From an uncultured Acidobacteriota bacterium (lineage in GTDB: Bacteria > Acidobacteriota > Terriglobia > Acidiferrales > UBA7541), in NCBI GenBank assembly GCA_963784015.1, contig CAWAPX010000023.1:190229-254228 (forward strand): a DNA stretch of 64,000 bases, read 5' to 3'. The position numbers were made by a program, and so were the translations under genes. Shown here piece after piece: positions 1 through 8,422 of the stretch (the stretch's first letter is position 1; the number at the start of each line of letters is the position of its first letter). The notes under the pieces are model-generated. The model ran no database searches, was not told where the DNA came from, and saw only the letters and a program-made list of their open reading frames with translations.

Positions 1-829
1 ACGCGCATAACGCCGCATCGCCGGGTGTGATTCCTCGATCCGTCAGCAACGCGGAGAGTTGCGTGATCGCTCCATTCATGCTGATCGAGCTCACGAAAAG
101 GATGGCGACGATAATCCAAAAAGCATAAGAACGCAGGCCTTGCTGCCACGTCTGTCCAGAATGAGCAACGGGGGCAACCTCATGCCGAACCTCGCCGCGT
201 TCGACGATGTAGCGCCAGCTGAGCGGAAGTCCGAGCAACAACGCAAGGCAGCCCAGGGCGAGGTAGGCCGCCCTCCATCCAGATCGACTGATGATGGATT
301 GTGCGACAACCGGCAGGATCAAGGCACCCAAGCCCGCTCCCACCATGACGAAAGCCAGCGCCGTTCCCAAACGTTTCTCAAACCAAGAAGAGATAGAACG
401 AGAGTAGGCCAGATGAGCAGCGCCGTTGCCAACTAAGCCGAGCACGATACATGTCAAGTAGAACTGCCACAACTCCGAGCGCAAAAACGCCAGCGAAATA
501 ATCGCGACACAATACACCGTCATGCAGGGAAGAATGATGCGGCGAGGACCAAAGCGATCGATCCACCGCCCCAGCAGTGGAGAAACGACGCCCAAGGTGA
601 TAGCAGCGAGTCCGAACCCGAGCGAGACGCTTTCGCGGTTCCACCCGAATTGCGCGCTCAGCGGTTTCACGAAAACCGTGAACGTATAAACGAATAGCGA
701 ACCGAACCCGGCCATGACGCCGAGGCATGCGGCGAGCACGACGCGCCAGCCGTAATAACCGAGATTAAATTCGGTTAAGCCGTCCGCCAATTCGGTCCTC
801 TGCGCGGCATTCCTATTAAGGAGCCCCAT
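1..829 (-). CDS. MFS transporter (N-terminal part; the C-terminus lies beyond the window start)
   Basis: Absent from the ORF track because it runs off the window. Reverse-strand translation from ATG 829 reads MGLLNRNAAQRTELADGLTEFNLGYYGWRVVLAACLGVMAGFGSLFVYTFTVFVKPL...GLAAITLGVVSPLLGRWIDRFGPRRIILP... and stays open to position 2. It has successive hydrophobic helices and the MFS motif-A-like loop G-R-W-I-D-R-F-G-P-R-R. It starts 6 nt after the stop of the upstream MetE-like gene. Confidence 0.8.
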   Translation of the reverse strand, partial: MGLLNRNAAQRTELADGLTEFNLGYYGWRVVLAACLGVMAGFGSLFVYTFTVFVKPLSAQFGWNRESVSLGFGLAAITLGVVSPLLGRWIDRFGPRRIILPCMTVYCVAIISLAFLRSELWQFYLTCIVLGLVGNGAAHLAYSRSISSWFEKRLGTALAFVMVGAGLGALILPVVAQSIISRSGWRAAYLALGCLALLLGLPLSWRYIVERGEVRHEVAPVAHSGQTWQQGLRSYAFWIIVAILFVSSISMNGAITQLSALLTDRGITPGDAALCA

Positions 830-835
830 CCAGCC

Positions 836-1933
836 TCAGCCCCACACGCGGCGAGCCGTATCCGCCACGAGTTTTAGCTTGGCCCATTGGCGGTCTTCGG
901 TGATGAGATTTCCTTCCGCAGTCGAAGCGAAACCACATTGCGGGCTGAGCGCCAGGTTTTCCATTGGAACGTAGCGCGACGCTTCCTCGATGCGTTTGGT
1001 GAGTTGTTCGGGATCTTCCATTTGTGGAATCTTCGAGCTAACGAGCCCCAGCACAACGATTTTTCCCTTCGGAATGAACCGGAGCGGCTCGAATGTTCCC
1101 GAGCGATGGTCATCATACTCCAGGAGAAAGCGATCCACCTCAAGAGTACCGAACAATTTCTCGGCGATGGCGTCATAGCCTCCTTCCGCGTACCAATGGC
1201 TGCGGTTATTTCCACGGCATAAATGGATGGCGAGCGTCACGCCGGGACGGCGCGCGGCGCGAAAACATGCGTTGTCGGCCTTAACGGCTTCCTCGAGGGC
1301 GGCGTCCGGATCCATTCCAATTTCTGCGCGGATCCATTCGCGCCACTTCGGGTCCATGTAATAACTGTAGCGGGGCGCGTCAATCTGAATGTATTTGACG
1401 CCGGCGTCCGCGAGTGTCGCCAAGTCGCTCTTCATGATGTCGACCACGGCCCACAACAGCGCCGAATGGTCCTTATAAATAGCATCGGATACGCCGCGCT
1501 TGAACGAGATCGCAGGAAATTGCGTCGCGCTCGGCAAAGTCATCTTGATGTCGCCGGGACTGTGCTTTTCTGTAAATGGGAGTTCGTGACCGGTAAGCGG
1601 ACGCACCTGGCGCAACTTCTTGCTGACGATGCCGTTGACGTTGCTTACTGGGGCCGTTCCTTTATCTCCAGCGCTCCAATTTCTAGCGACGGCATCGCCG
1701 AAGTCGAAGCCTTCGACTGCGTCGGTGAAATCGCTCATGAAGTTGCGGCGGCGCAATTCACCGTCCGTGAAGATTTCAAAACCGAGCTCCTTTTGTTTTG
1801 CGAGCACGCGGAGGATATGCTGATCTTCAAGGGCGTGCAGCATCTCGGCGTTTCTGGCCGACTGTCTTGCTTCCAGCAAGCCAGCCGGCCTCAAGAAACT
1901 TCCGACATGATCGGCGCGGTACTTTGTCGGCAT
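836..1933 (-). CDS. Cobalamin-independent methionine synthase family (MetE C-terminal / Meth_synt_2-like) protein
   Basis: The track ORF is 836..2035. The family-typical N-terminus MPTKYRADHVGSFLRP begins at Met35 (ATG 1933, preceded by GAGAGG). Alternative starts are 1954 and 2035. Conserved-looking segments include GVKYIQIDAP, HLCRGN and LSPQCGF. It is likely co-transcribed with the MFS gene. Confidence 0.75.
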   Translation of the reverse strand: MPTKYRADHVGSFLRPAGLLEARQSARNAEMLHALEDQHILRVLAKQKELGFEIFTDGELRRRNFMSDFTDAVEGFDFGDAVARNWSAGDKGTAPVSNVNGIVSKKLRQVRPLTGHELPFTEKHSPGDIKMTLPSATQFPAISFKRGVSDAIYKDHSALLWAVVDIMKSDLATLADAGVKYIQIDAPRYSYYMDPKWREWIRAEIGMDPDAALEEAVKADNACFRAARRPGVTLAIHLCRGNNRSHWYAEGGYDAIAEKLFGTLEVDRFLLEYDDHRSGTFEPLRFIPKGKIVVLGLVSSKIPQMEDPEQLTKRIEEASRYVPMENLALSPQCGFASTAEGNLITEDRQWAKLKLVADTARRVWG

Positions 1934-2175
1934 CCGAAAGGGCCTCTCTTCCATTCTCTGAAACGTAGGGCGGACTGATTGTCGCAAAATCCGCGTGGCT
2001 ACGGCTGAAAAGTTTGGAGAGCTTGGTGGCGACATTTATTGGAAAGCAACGAGCAAATCGGAAAAGTTATCGTCACAGTCCCCTGATCGGGATTGGCCTT
2101 GTAACGCCGGGGAAGCGCCAAGCGTCCTTCTCAAGGTGATATGCTGCTCAGGCAGATAATCGCCAAGCGGAATAA

Positions 2176-3141
2176 ATGCAGAAAATAGACTCTCTATCTC
2201 GGCGCGCATTTTTAGGAAAAATCTCGGTTCTAACGGCCGGTGGATTCACGGCTGCTAGCACCCTCGGCGCCATGCCAAGTCCCGAACTCGAACCACATAT
2301 CATTTTTCCTACTCATCCTCGCGAGCGGATCTGCATAGCGTCGTATCCGTTTCGTGCATACATTCTGAGCCCCGACAATCGCGATCGCGATACGACTCTT
2401 CCAGGAATGAACTTGCTCGAATTCCCTGCCCATGTCGTCGCAAAATTCAATATTCATAATATTGAGCCGCATAGCCGCCACTTCACATCGTTGCAGCCGG
2501 ACTATCTCGATGATTTCCGGCAGATTTTGCTGAAAACCAAAGTGCGCGCCGTGAATATTGCGGTAAGCACTGTCAACAGTTTCTACGACGCGGAAGCCTC
2601 TGCGCGCGAAAAGGCTGTCGACTTTGCAAAGAAGTGGGTGGATGTCGCTGTGCGTATTGGCTCTCCGGGAATCCGCACGCACATTGCCACGACGAGGAAT
2701 TCTCCCCCAAGTGTCGAACGCACCACCGAGAGCCTGCGCCAGGTGACCGAATACGCCGCAGACAAGAATATTGTCGTCACGCTTGAGAACGACGATTTAG
2801 TGAGCGAGGACGCATTCTTCCTCGCGAAGGTCATCGAGTCCGTCAACAATCCCTATCTTCGCGCTCTGCCCGATTTTGCGAATTCCATGCTGGGCGGCGA
2901 CGCCGATTTCAATTACCGAGCGCTGCAAGCGATGTTTCAGCATGCCTACAATATTTGTCACGTGAAAGACGGCGAGACAAATGATGACGACAAACAATTC
3001 AATGTGGACTTGAAGAAATCGTTCGATATTCTGAAAGCCAGCAATTATCGCGGCTATTGTTCGATGGAGTTCGACGCCCCTGGCGACCCCTACGCCCCCA
3101 CTTTGAAGTTAATCGAAGAAACCGTTAAATACCTTTCCTGA
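2176..3141 (+). CDS. TAT-exported sugar phosphate isomerase/epimerase family protein (xylose-isomerase-like TIM barrel)
   Basis: 321 aa. It has a twin-arginine signal (SRRAFLGKISVLTAGG). The body shows TIM-barrel family segments (IRTHIATT, VVTLENDD, CHVKDGE, YRGYCSMEFD). Confidence 0.8.
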   Translation: MQKIDSLSRRAFLGKISVLTAGGFTAASTLGAMPSPELEPHIIFPTHPRERICIASYPFRAYILSPDNRDRDTTLPGMNLLEFPAHVVAKFNIHNIEPHSRHFTSLQPDYLDDFRQILLKTKVRAVNIAVSTVNSFYDAEASAREKAVDFAKKWVDVAVRIGSPGIRTHIATTRNSPPSVERTTESLRQVTEYAADKNIVVTLENDDLVSEDAFFLAKVIESVNNPYLRALPDFANSMLGGDADFNYRALQAMFQHAYNICHVKDGETNDDDKQFNVDLKKSFDILKASNYRGYCSMEFDAPGDPYAPTLKLIEETVKYLS

Positions 3142-3200
3142 TCGCGCCAAGTCGCGTTAGGAGATTCAGCACTGCAGCTGGGCGCTCAAGGTTCTTCCAT

Positions 3201-4535
3201 TCAACTGACTGGCGCACGATCGCTAAATGTCTCGCTAACCGCATCCCAGTATTGCTTCTTGCCGGACCAATAAGACTCCGTCGACATCATGTTTGCAACA
3301 GAATGGGCGAACCCATCCTGCACGGTGCAATGCGGCTGCTGCCGCGAGCGCATGCACTGGAACCAGTTCGCCATGTGCTCCAGAGTTCTGTCATCAATTC
3401 CCATCGGCGGGAGTTTTGTTTCGCCGGGCGGCAGAATATATTTCGCAGGCCGCTTTTTATCGATGTCCGCGTCGTCCTCGTGATTCCCCTTCTCGTCGAC
3501 CAACTGGTATCGTGGACTGCCTTCGCCGCCAATATTCGTAAGAGTCGCCTTCTTTCCCATATACCGCGTCGAAGACGGTGCATCATTCCCAAAACTCGTC
3601 GCATAGCTCACTAGAAATCCCTTCGGGTATTCGAGCAACGCCTGGAACGTGTCCGCATTCTCCCTGCCATCGTGCCACGCAAAAATTCCGCCGTGTGCCA
3701 TCGCCGAGCGGGGGAAGCTGTCTTTCATAAACCAGTGCACGAGATCAATCGCGTGGCTCATCCATTGATCCGGAATGCCGCTGGAAAATTCCTTATACAA
3801 GCGGAACTCGCAATACACTTTCGGATCGAAAGGCCGGTTAGGCTTCGTCAACAGCCACTTGCGCCAATCCGTATCCTCTTCGCGGAGCAGTTTCGTTTCT
3901 TCGCGCCCGCGCCATCGTGGCCCGTGATAATTCCAGACGATTTCGATTTTGCTCACGTCGCCGAGGACGCCCGTCTGCACTAGATCGTGCGCGGCTATTT
4001 GATACGGCTCGCTGCGATGCTGCGTGCCGACCTGCACAATACGGTCGCTTTTTAACACCGTGTCACGCGCCGCCTTTGCTTCGGCTAATACATTGCCCAT
4101 GGGCTTTTCAACATAAGCGTCTTTGCCCGCCTCGACAGCCATCTTGAGGATCGGCGAGTGTGCATGTTCCGGCGTGGAAATGATGACTCCGTCCACGTCT
4201 TTCAATGCAAGCACGTCTTCCAAATACTGATAAGTCCGGGGCGCGCGGCCATAATATTTCGCATTGGTCGCAGCAGCTTTTTCCCGGTTCAGCTTCCACA
4301 AATCGCAGATCACCGTCATCTCGGCGTTCTGGCTCGTCTTCAGTTGCGCCACTATCCAATCCAGATCGCTACCGCGGCTGCCAGTTCCAATATGCGCCAG
4401 TGAAATGCGGTCATTCGCGCCAGCGATCCTGGCGTAGGAAAGCGCAGTACTCGGCAGCGCCGCGCCTCCGGCGATCAACGCCCCTGTCTTGCTTAAAAAC
4501 TCCCTGCGATCGATTGTTTCGTTTGTGTCGCTCAT
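3201..4535 (-). CDS. TAT-exported Gfo/Idh/MocA family oxidoreductase
   Basis: 444 aa. It has a twin-arginine signal (RREFLSKTGALIAGGAALP), an N-terminal Rossmann segment (LAHIGTGSRGS) and the family EKP motif (AYVEKPM). Confidence 0.85.
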   Translation of the reverse strand: MSDTNETIDRREFLSKTGALIAGGAALPSTALSYARIAGANDRISLAHIGTGSRGSDLDWIVAQLKTSQNAEMTVICDLWKLNREKAAATNAKYYGRAPRTYQYLEDVLALKDVDGVIISTPEHAHSPILKMAVEAGKDAYVEKPMGNVLAEAKAARDTVLKSDRIVQVGTQHRSEPYQIAAHDLVQTGVLGDVSKIEIVWNYHGPRWRGREETKLLREEDTDWRKWLLTKPNRPFDPKVYCEFRLYKEFSSGIPDQWMSHAIDLVHWFMKDSFPRSAMAHGGIFAWHDGRENADTFQALLEYPKGFLVSYATSFGNDAPSSTRYMGKKATLTNIGGEGSPRYQLVDEKGNHEDDADIDKKRPAKYILPPGETKLPPMGIDDRTLEHMANWFQCMRSRQQPHCTVQDGFAHSVANMMSTESYWSGKKQYWDAVSETFSDRAPVS

Positions 4536-4656
4536 CGTTTAACCTCCGGACCGTGATGTTCCACTCGCTCTAATTGAGTTTCAGCGGAGGCATTGTGTGG
4601 TTCGCATTGCGGCTTGTCAATCAGGCAGCTCGTTACTCAGGTCATGTGACGCCGCG

Positions 4657-4685
4657 TTGACAAGCCCACGCCTCTAGTCTTAAAT
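4657..4685 (+). promoter_or_regulatory. Candidate sigma70-type promoter for xylB (TTGACA-N17-TTAAAT)
   Basis: TTGACA sits at 4657-4662, followed by a 17-nt spacer and TTAAAT at 4680-4685. This lies in the divergent intergenic region between the Gfo/Idh/MocA gene and xylB. The call rests on pattern alone. Confidence 0.4.
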
Positions 4686-4690
4686 GTCCA

Positions 4691-4706
4691 CCGTGAACGT
4701 TCACGG
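4691..4706. promoter_or_regulatory. 16-bp perfect palindrome CCGTGAACGTTCACGG; LacI-family-type operator candidate
   Basis: A perfect dyad with a central CG, 5 nt downstream of the putative -10 and about 105 nt upstream of the xylB coding start. Its shape matches LacI/GalR operators (TGnAAnCGnTTnCA-like). Confidence 0.5.
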
Positions 4707-4812
4707 AAGCCGCTAGCTCAATTCTTATTGGCTGGCTCCTGGACCCAATTCCCTATCAAGTAAGGGCCCACGAACAGCATCTTGGGCAAGTTTTGTGTAA
4801 GAAGGAGGCCGT

Positions 4813-6330
4813 ATCCCAATCCTCGGCATCGATGTCGGAACCAGCGGAACCCGCGCCCTAATCCTCGATGAACACGGCACCGTCCTCGCCTCGGGCACCG
4901 AAGAGCACGCCAATTTCGCCAGCCCGCAACCGGGCTGGGCGGAGCAAGACCCGCGCGATTGGTGGCGCGCCGCGGCAATCGCGGTTCGCAAAGCGCTTCA
5001 GGCCTCGGGCCTCGCCGCTGAGTCCATCGCCGCCGTCGGCTTTTCCGGCCAGATGCATGGCGCCGTCCTGCTTGACGAGAATGACGAGGTCATTCGTCCC
5101 GCTCTGATTTGGTGTGACCAGCGCACCGAAGCGCAATCCAAGGAGCTCGAGCGCACCATCGGCCTTGACCGCATCATCCAGTTGACCTGCAATCCGCCGT
5201 TGACAAATTTCACTCTCACAAAGCTTCTCTGGGTCCGCGAGCACGAGCCGCAAAACTGGCAACGCGTGCGCAAAATCATGCTGCCGAAGGATTACGTCCG
5301 TTTGCGGCTGACCAGCGAATCCGCCATTGACGTCGCCGACGCTTCCGGAACACTGATGCTCGACGTAGCCCACCGCACGTGGTCGAGCGAAGTCCTCTCC
5401 AAAACTGGAATTGACGTGAAGTTGCTCCCAAAACTTTTCGAATCGCAAGATATTTGCGGAAAGCTTTCGCAAGCTGGCGCAGATGCAACCGGTCTTCGCG
5501 TGGGAACTCCGGTGGTTGCTGGCGCAGGCGATCAAGCTGCTGGAGCCGTCGGCATGGGCATCACGCGCGCCGGAGTGGTGAGCGCCACCATCGGAACTTC
5601 CGGCGTGGTTTTTGCCGCCACGGATCGGCCTTCGCTCGATCCCAAAGGCCGCCTACACACGTTCTGTCACGCCATCCCCGGCCGCTGGCACGTTATGGGA
5701 GTGACGCAAGCCGCTGGACTTTCTCTGCGCTGGTTCCGCGATCGCTTTGGTGCCGGAGCCGATGACGGTCGCGATCCCTACGAACGCATGTCCGACGAGG
5801 CCGCCACCGCTCCAGCCGGCTCAGAAGGCGCATTCTGGGCGCCGTACTTGATGGGCGAGCGCACTCCGCATCTCGATCCATTCGCACGGGCCGCGTTTGT
5901 CGGTCTTTCCGCCTCGCACACCCGCGCCGACCTCATCCGCGCCGTGCTCGAAGGGGTGGCTTACAGCCTGAAGGATACCTTCAGCATCTTCAACGAGATT
6001 CAGGTGCCCGTGGAACGCATCCGCCTCGGCGGAGGAGGCGCTCGCTCACCCCTGTGGCGGCAAATCCAAGCAGATGTCTATGCGCACGAAGTCGAAATTT
6101 TGAAAGCGGAAGAAGGCGCGGCCTATGGCGCCGCGATTCTAGCAGGCGTGGGTTCGGGATGTTGGAAGAGCGTCGATGAAGCGTGCGACGCCGTGGTGCG
6201 TGTTGCCAAGCGGGTCAGCACAAATAAAGAGAACAGCACCGCCATGCAGCGGGGTTACCAAACTTATCGCCGGATTTATCCGGCATTGCATTCCATCTTC
6301 GCTGAGGATCAATCTACCTCAGCCAACTGA
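4813..6330 (+). CDS. xylB: Xylulokinase (FGGY family)
   Basis: The track ORF starts at ATG 5053, but the same frame is open from 4801 and encodes the FGGY N-terminus ILGIDVGTSGTRALILDEHG...WWRAAA...AVGFSGQMHGAVLLD. In-frame TAA is at 4798-4800, and there is no ATG, GTG or TTG before 5053. GAAGGAGG lies at 4801-4808. I assign the start to ATC 4813 (alternative ATC 4819). C-terminal GGGARSPLWRQIQADV is typical of XylB. Confidence 0.8.
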   Translation: MPILGIDVGTSGTRALILDEHGTVLASGTEEHANFASPQPGWAEQDPRDWWRAAAIAVRKALQASGLAAESIAAVGFSGQMHGAVLLDENDEVIRPALIWCDQRTEAQSKELERTIGLDRIIQLTCNPPLTNFTLTKLLWVREHEPQNWQRVRKIMLPKDYVRLRLTSESAIDVADASGTLMLDVAHRTWSSEVLSKTGIDVKLLPKLFESQDICGKLSQAGADATGLRVGTPVVAGAGDQAAGAVGMGITRAGVVSATIGTSGVVFAATDRPSLDPKGRLHTFCHAIPGRWHVMGVTQAAGLSLRWFRDRFGAGADDGRDPYERMSDEAATAPAGSEGAFWAPYLMGERTPHLDPFARAAFVGLSASHTRADLIRAVLEGVAYSLKDTFSIFNEIQVPVERIRLGGGGARSPLWRQIQADVYAHEVEILKAEEGAAYGAAILAGVGSGCWKSVDEACDAVVRVAKRVSTNKENSTAMQRGYQTYRRIYPALHSIFAEDQSTSAN

Positions 6331-6387
6331 GCGGCAAATCCGAACAATCTCAAACCTAGTCGAAACAGACGCGGCAACTCGCGGTCA

Positions 6388-6603
6388 TCAAGAAGCTTTT
6401 TTCTGCCCCGGCTTGAAGTGATAGCAGTACCAGGCTCCGATCACCGCCATCAGTGCGCCCCACCATATACCCGCATGCAAGTTGAACAGCTGCACTCGGC
6501 CGTCAAGAGCTGGTGGATGCCAATATTCGTACACGCCCGCACCAAAAATGAGCAGCCCATTCACGAGCAGCGAAATTCCTATAAAAAACCAAATGGAAAC
6601 CAT
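6388..6603 (-). CDS. Small two-helix membrane protein (possible symporter accessory subunit)
   Basis: 71 aa with two clear hydrophobic helices (IWFFIGISLLVNGLLIFGAGV and IWWGALMAVIGAWYCY). It starts 23 nt downstream of the SSS symporter stop on the same strand. I recognise no family. Confidence 0.5.
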   Translation of the reverse strand: MVSIWFFIGISLLVNGLLIFGAGVYEYWHPPALDGRVQLFNLHAGIWWGALMAVIGAWYCYHFKPGQKKAS

Positions 6604-6626
6604 CCTGTAAACCTCCGGCTAAAGAA

Positions 6627-8330
6627 CTACCAGAATATGATGTTCAGAGTAAAAAATACGACAGCAACCACACCAGCCCAGAAAATAGGCTTCTGATACA
6701 GGGAAATATTTCCGACGGACGGAACTGTGGTCAACCCATAAACCAAGCCAGTCAGTTCGGAGTCTGTTTTTGGCTTCGTCGCCAGACTCACCACTACGGT
6801 CACGATCACGCATACGAGAAAAGACCACAGCGCCTGAAACATATCCTGCGCCAAGGCCTTAGCGTGCGGCGAGAGCGCCACATAACGCAGCGCCGATGGG
6901 TCTGCTTTCACCCATGCCCACATGCCGATAGAGGATATGGTGCCGCACAGCAAACCCAAGAAGCCGCCCGGGCCCGTCGCTCGCTTCCACAACATGCCGA
7001 GAATGACGGTGCCGAACAGTGGAGCAATGAAAAAGCTAAACAGCGCCTGTACATAATCCATGATGCTGGCGAACTGCATCACTAAATAAGCGGTGCCTAC
7101 GCTAATCAGCACGCCGATCACCGTTGTCCACCGCCCCATGTTCACGTAGTGGTGGTCCGTACCCTTGCTATTGATCAACGGCCGGTAGATGTCATACGTC
7201 CAGACGGTCGTGAACGCGCTTACGTTCCCAGCCATGCCGGACATGAAGCCCGCGATCAACGCGGTAATCCCTAGGCCAAGCAAACCAGGCCCGCAGTAGC
7301 GCGCGAGCATCAATGGAAGTACGTCGTTATAACTGTGCATACCAGTGGCGGCTGCCACCGATTCAGGCACAAGCTTCATTGGAAGCACGGCCAAGCCCAG
7401 CAGTCCTGGCAAAATCACGATCAGCGGAACAAACATCTTGAATCCCGCTCCAATGATGGGGGCCATTTCCGCACTGCGAATATCCTTAGCGGCGAGAATG
7501 CGCTGCACGACAAGGAAATCCGTCGTCCAGTAGCCCATGGAGATAACCGCTGCCAGCCCGAACACAATGCCGACCCAGTTGATTCCCATCGGATTGTCTG
7601 TGAAGGAACCCAAGTTGGACCACATGTGAACGTACTGATCCGACGCCCGCTGAGCAATTTGTAATTTTAGATTCGTCCAGCCGCCGGCTTCGTAAAGCCC
7701 AAGAATCGGAATCAGGAGCGCGCCTGCCCAAATCAGAAAGAACTGCAGCACTTCATTAAAGATGGCCGACCGCAAACCGCCGAGCGTGACGTAAACAGCC
7801 ACAGTAAGAGACGAAACCCAAATGCTGAAGTTGATGTCCCAGCCCAAAACAATTTGCATGACCTTGGCCATGGCAAACATGTTGACGCCGCTCATCAGCA
7901 CAGTCATGAACGCAAATGAAACCGCGGAGACGGCACGCGCTGGTTCTCCAAAACGCAATTTCAAATAACCTGGAACAGAGTGCGTCTTGGAAATGTAATA
8001 AAAAGGCATCATCACCAGCGCGAGGAACAGCATCGCCGGGATGGCGCCGATCCAATACCAATGCGTCGCCAGAATGCCGTACTGATACGCCGAACCCGCC
8101 CAGCCCATCAACTCCAAAGCGCCAAGATTGGCGGAGAGAAAGCTAAGCCCCGCCACCCAAGCGGTCATTTCGCGCCCGGCCATGAAGAAATCTTCGCCAG
8201 TATTCGCGCGGCCGCGCAGGTAGAAGCCGATGGCCAGCACCAACGCGAAGTAAAAGACAACGATGACGACGTCTACAGCGGAAAGATGAACGAGTCGAGC
8301 AGGTACGATAAGCGCGTAAGGAATAGTCAT
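6627..8330 (-). CDS. Sodium:solute symporter (SSS/SGLT) family transporter
   Basis: 567 aa and polytopic throughout. It shows SSS-like segments (FFMAGREMTAWVAGLSFLSANLGA, GGLRSAIFNEVLQFFLIW). It lies between galM and xylB. Confidence 0.9.
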   Translation of the reverse strand: MTIPYALIVPARLVHLSAVDVVIVVFYFALVLAIGFYLRGRANTGEDFFMAGREMTAWVAGLSFLSANLGALELMGWAGSAYQYGILATHWYWIGAIPAMLFLALVMMPFYYISKTHSVPGYLKLRFGEPARAVSAVSFAFMTVLMSGVNMFAMAKVMQIVLGWDINFSIWVSSLTVAVYVTLGGLRSAIFNEVLQFFLIWAGALLIPILGLYEAGGWTNLKLQIAQRASDQYVHMWSNLGSFTDNPMGINWVGIVFGLAAVISMGYWTTDFLVVQRILAAKDIRSAEMAPIIGAGFKMFVPLIVILPGLLGLAVLPMKLVPESVAAATGMHSYNDVLPLMLARYCGPGLLGLGITALIAGFMSGMAGNVSAFTTVWTYDIYRPLINSKGTDHHYVNMGRWTTVIGVLISVGTAYLVMQFASIMDYVQALFSFFIAPLFGTVILGMLWKRATGPGGFLGLLCGTISSIGMWAWVKADPSALRYVALSPHAKALAQDMFQALWSFLVCVIVTVVVSLATKPKTDSELTGLVYGLTTVPSVGNISLYQKPIFWAGVVAVVFFTLNIIFW

Positions 8331-8422
8331 AGAGTGCCCAATCGCTTCTCCTCTGCGTGCGTCTTACGACTTACGGGAAAAATCACAATCCTCATTACAA
8401 ACGAGCAAACTCGCTATCGGCG

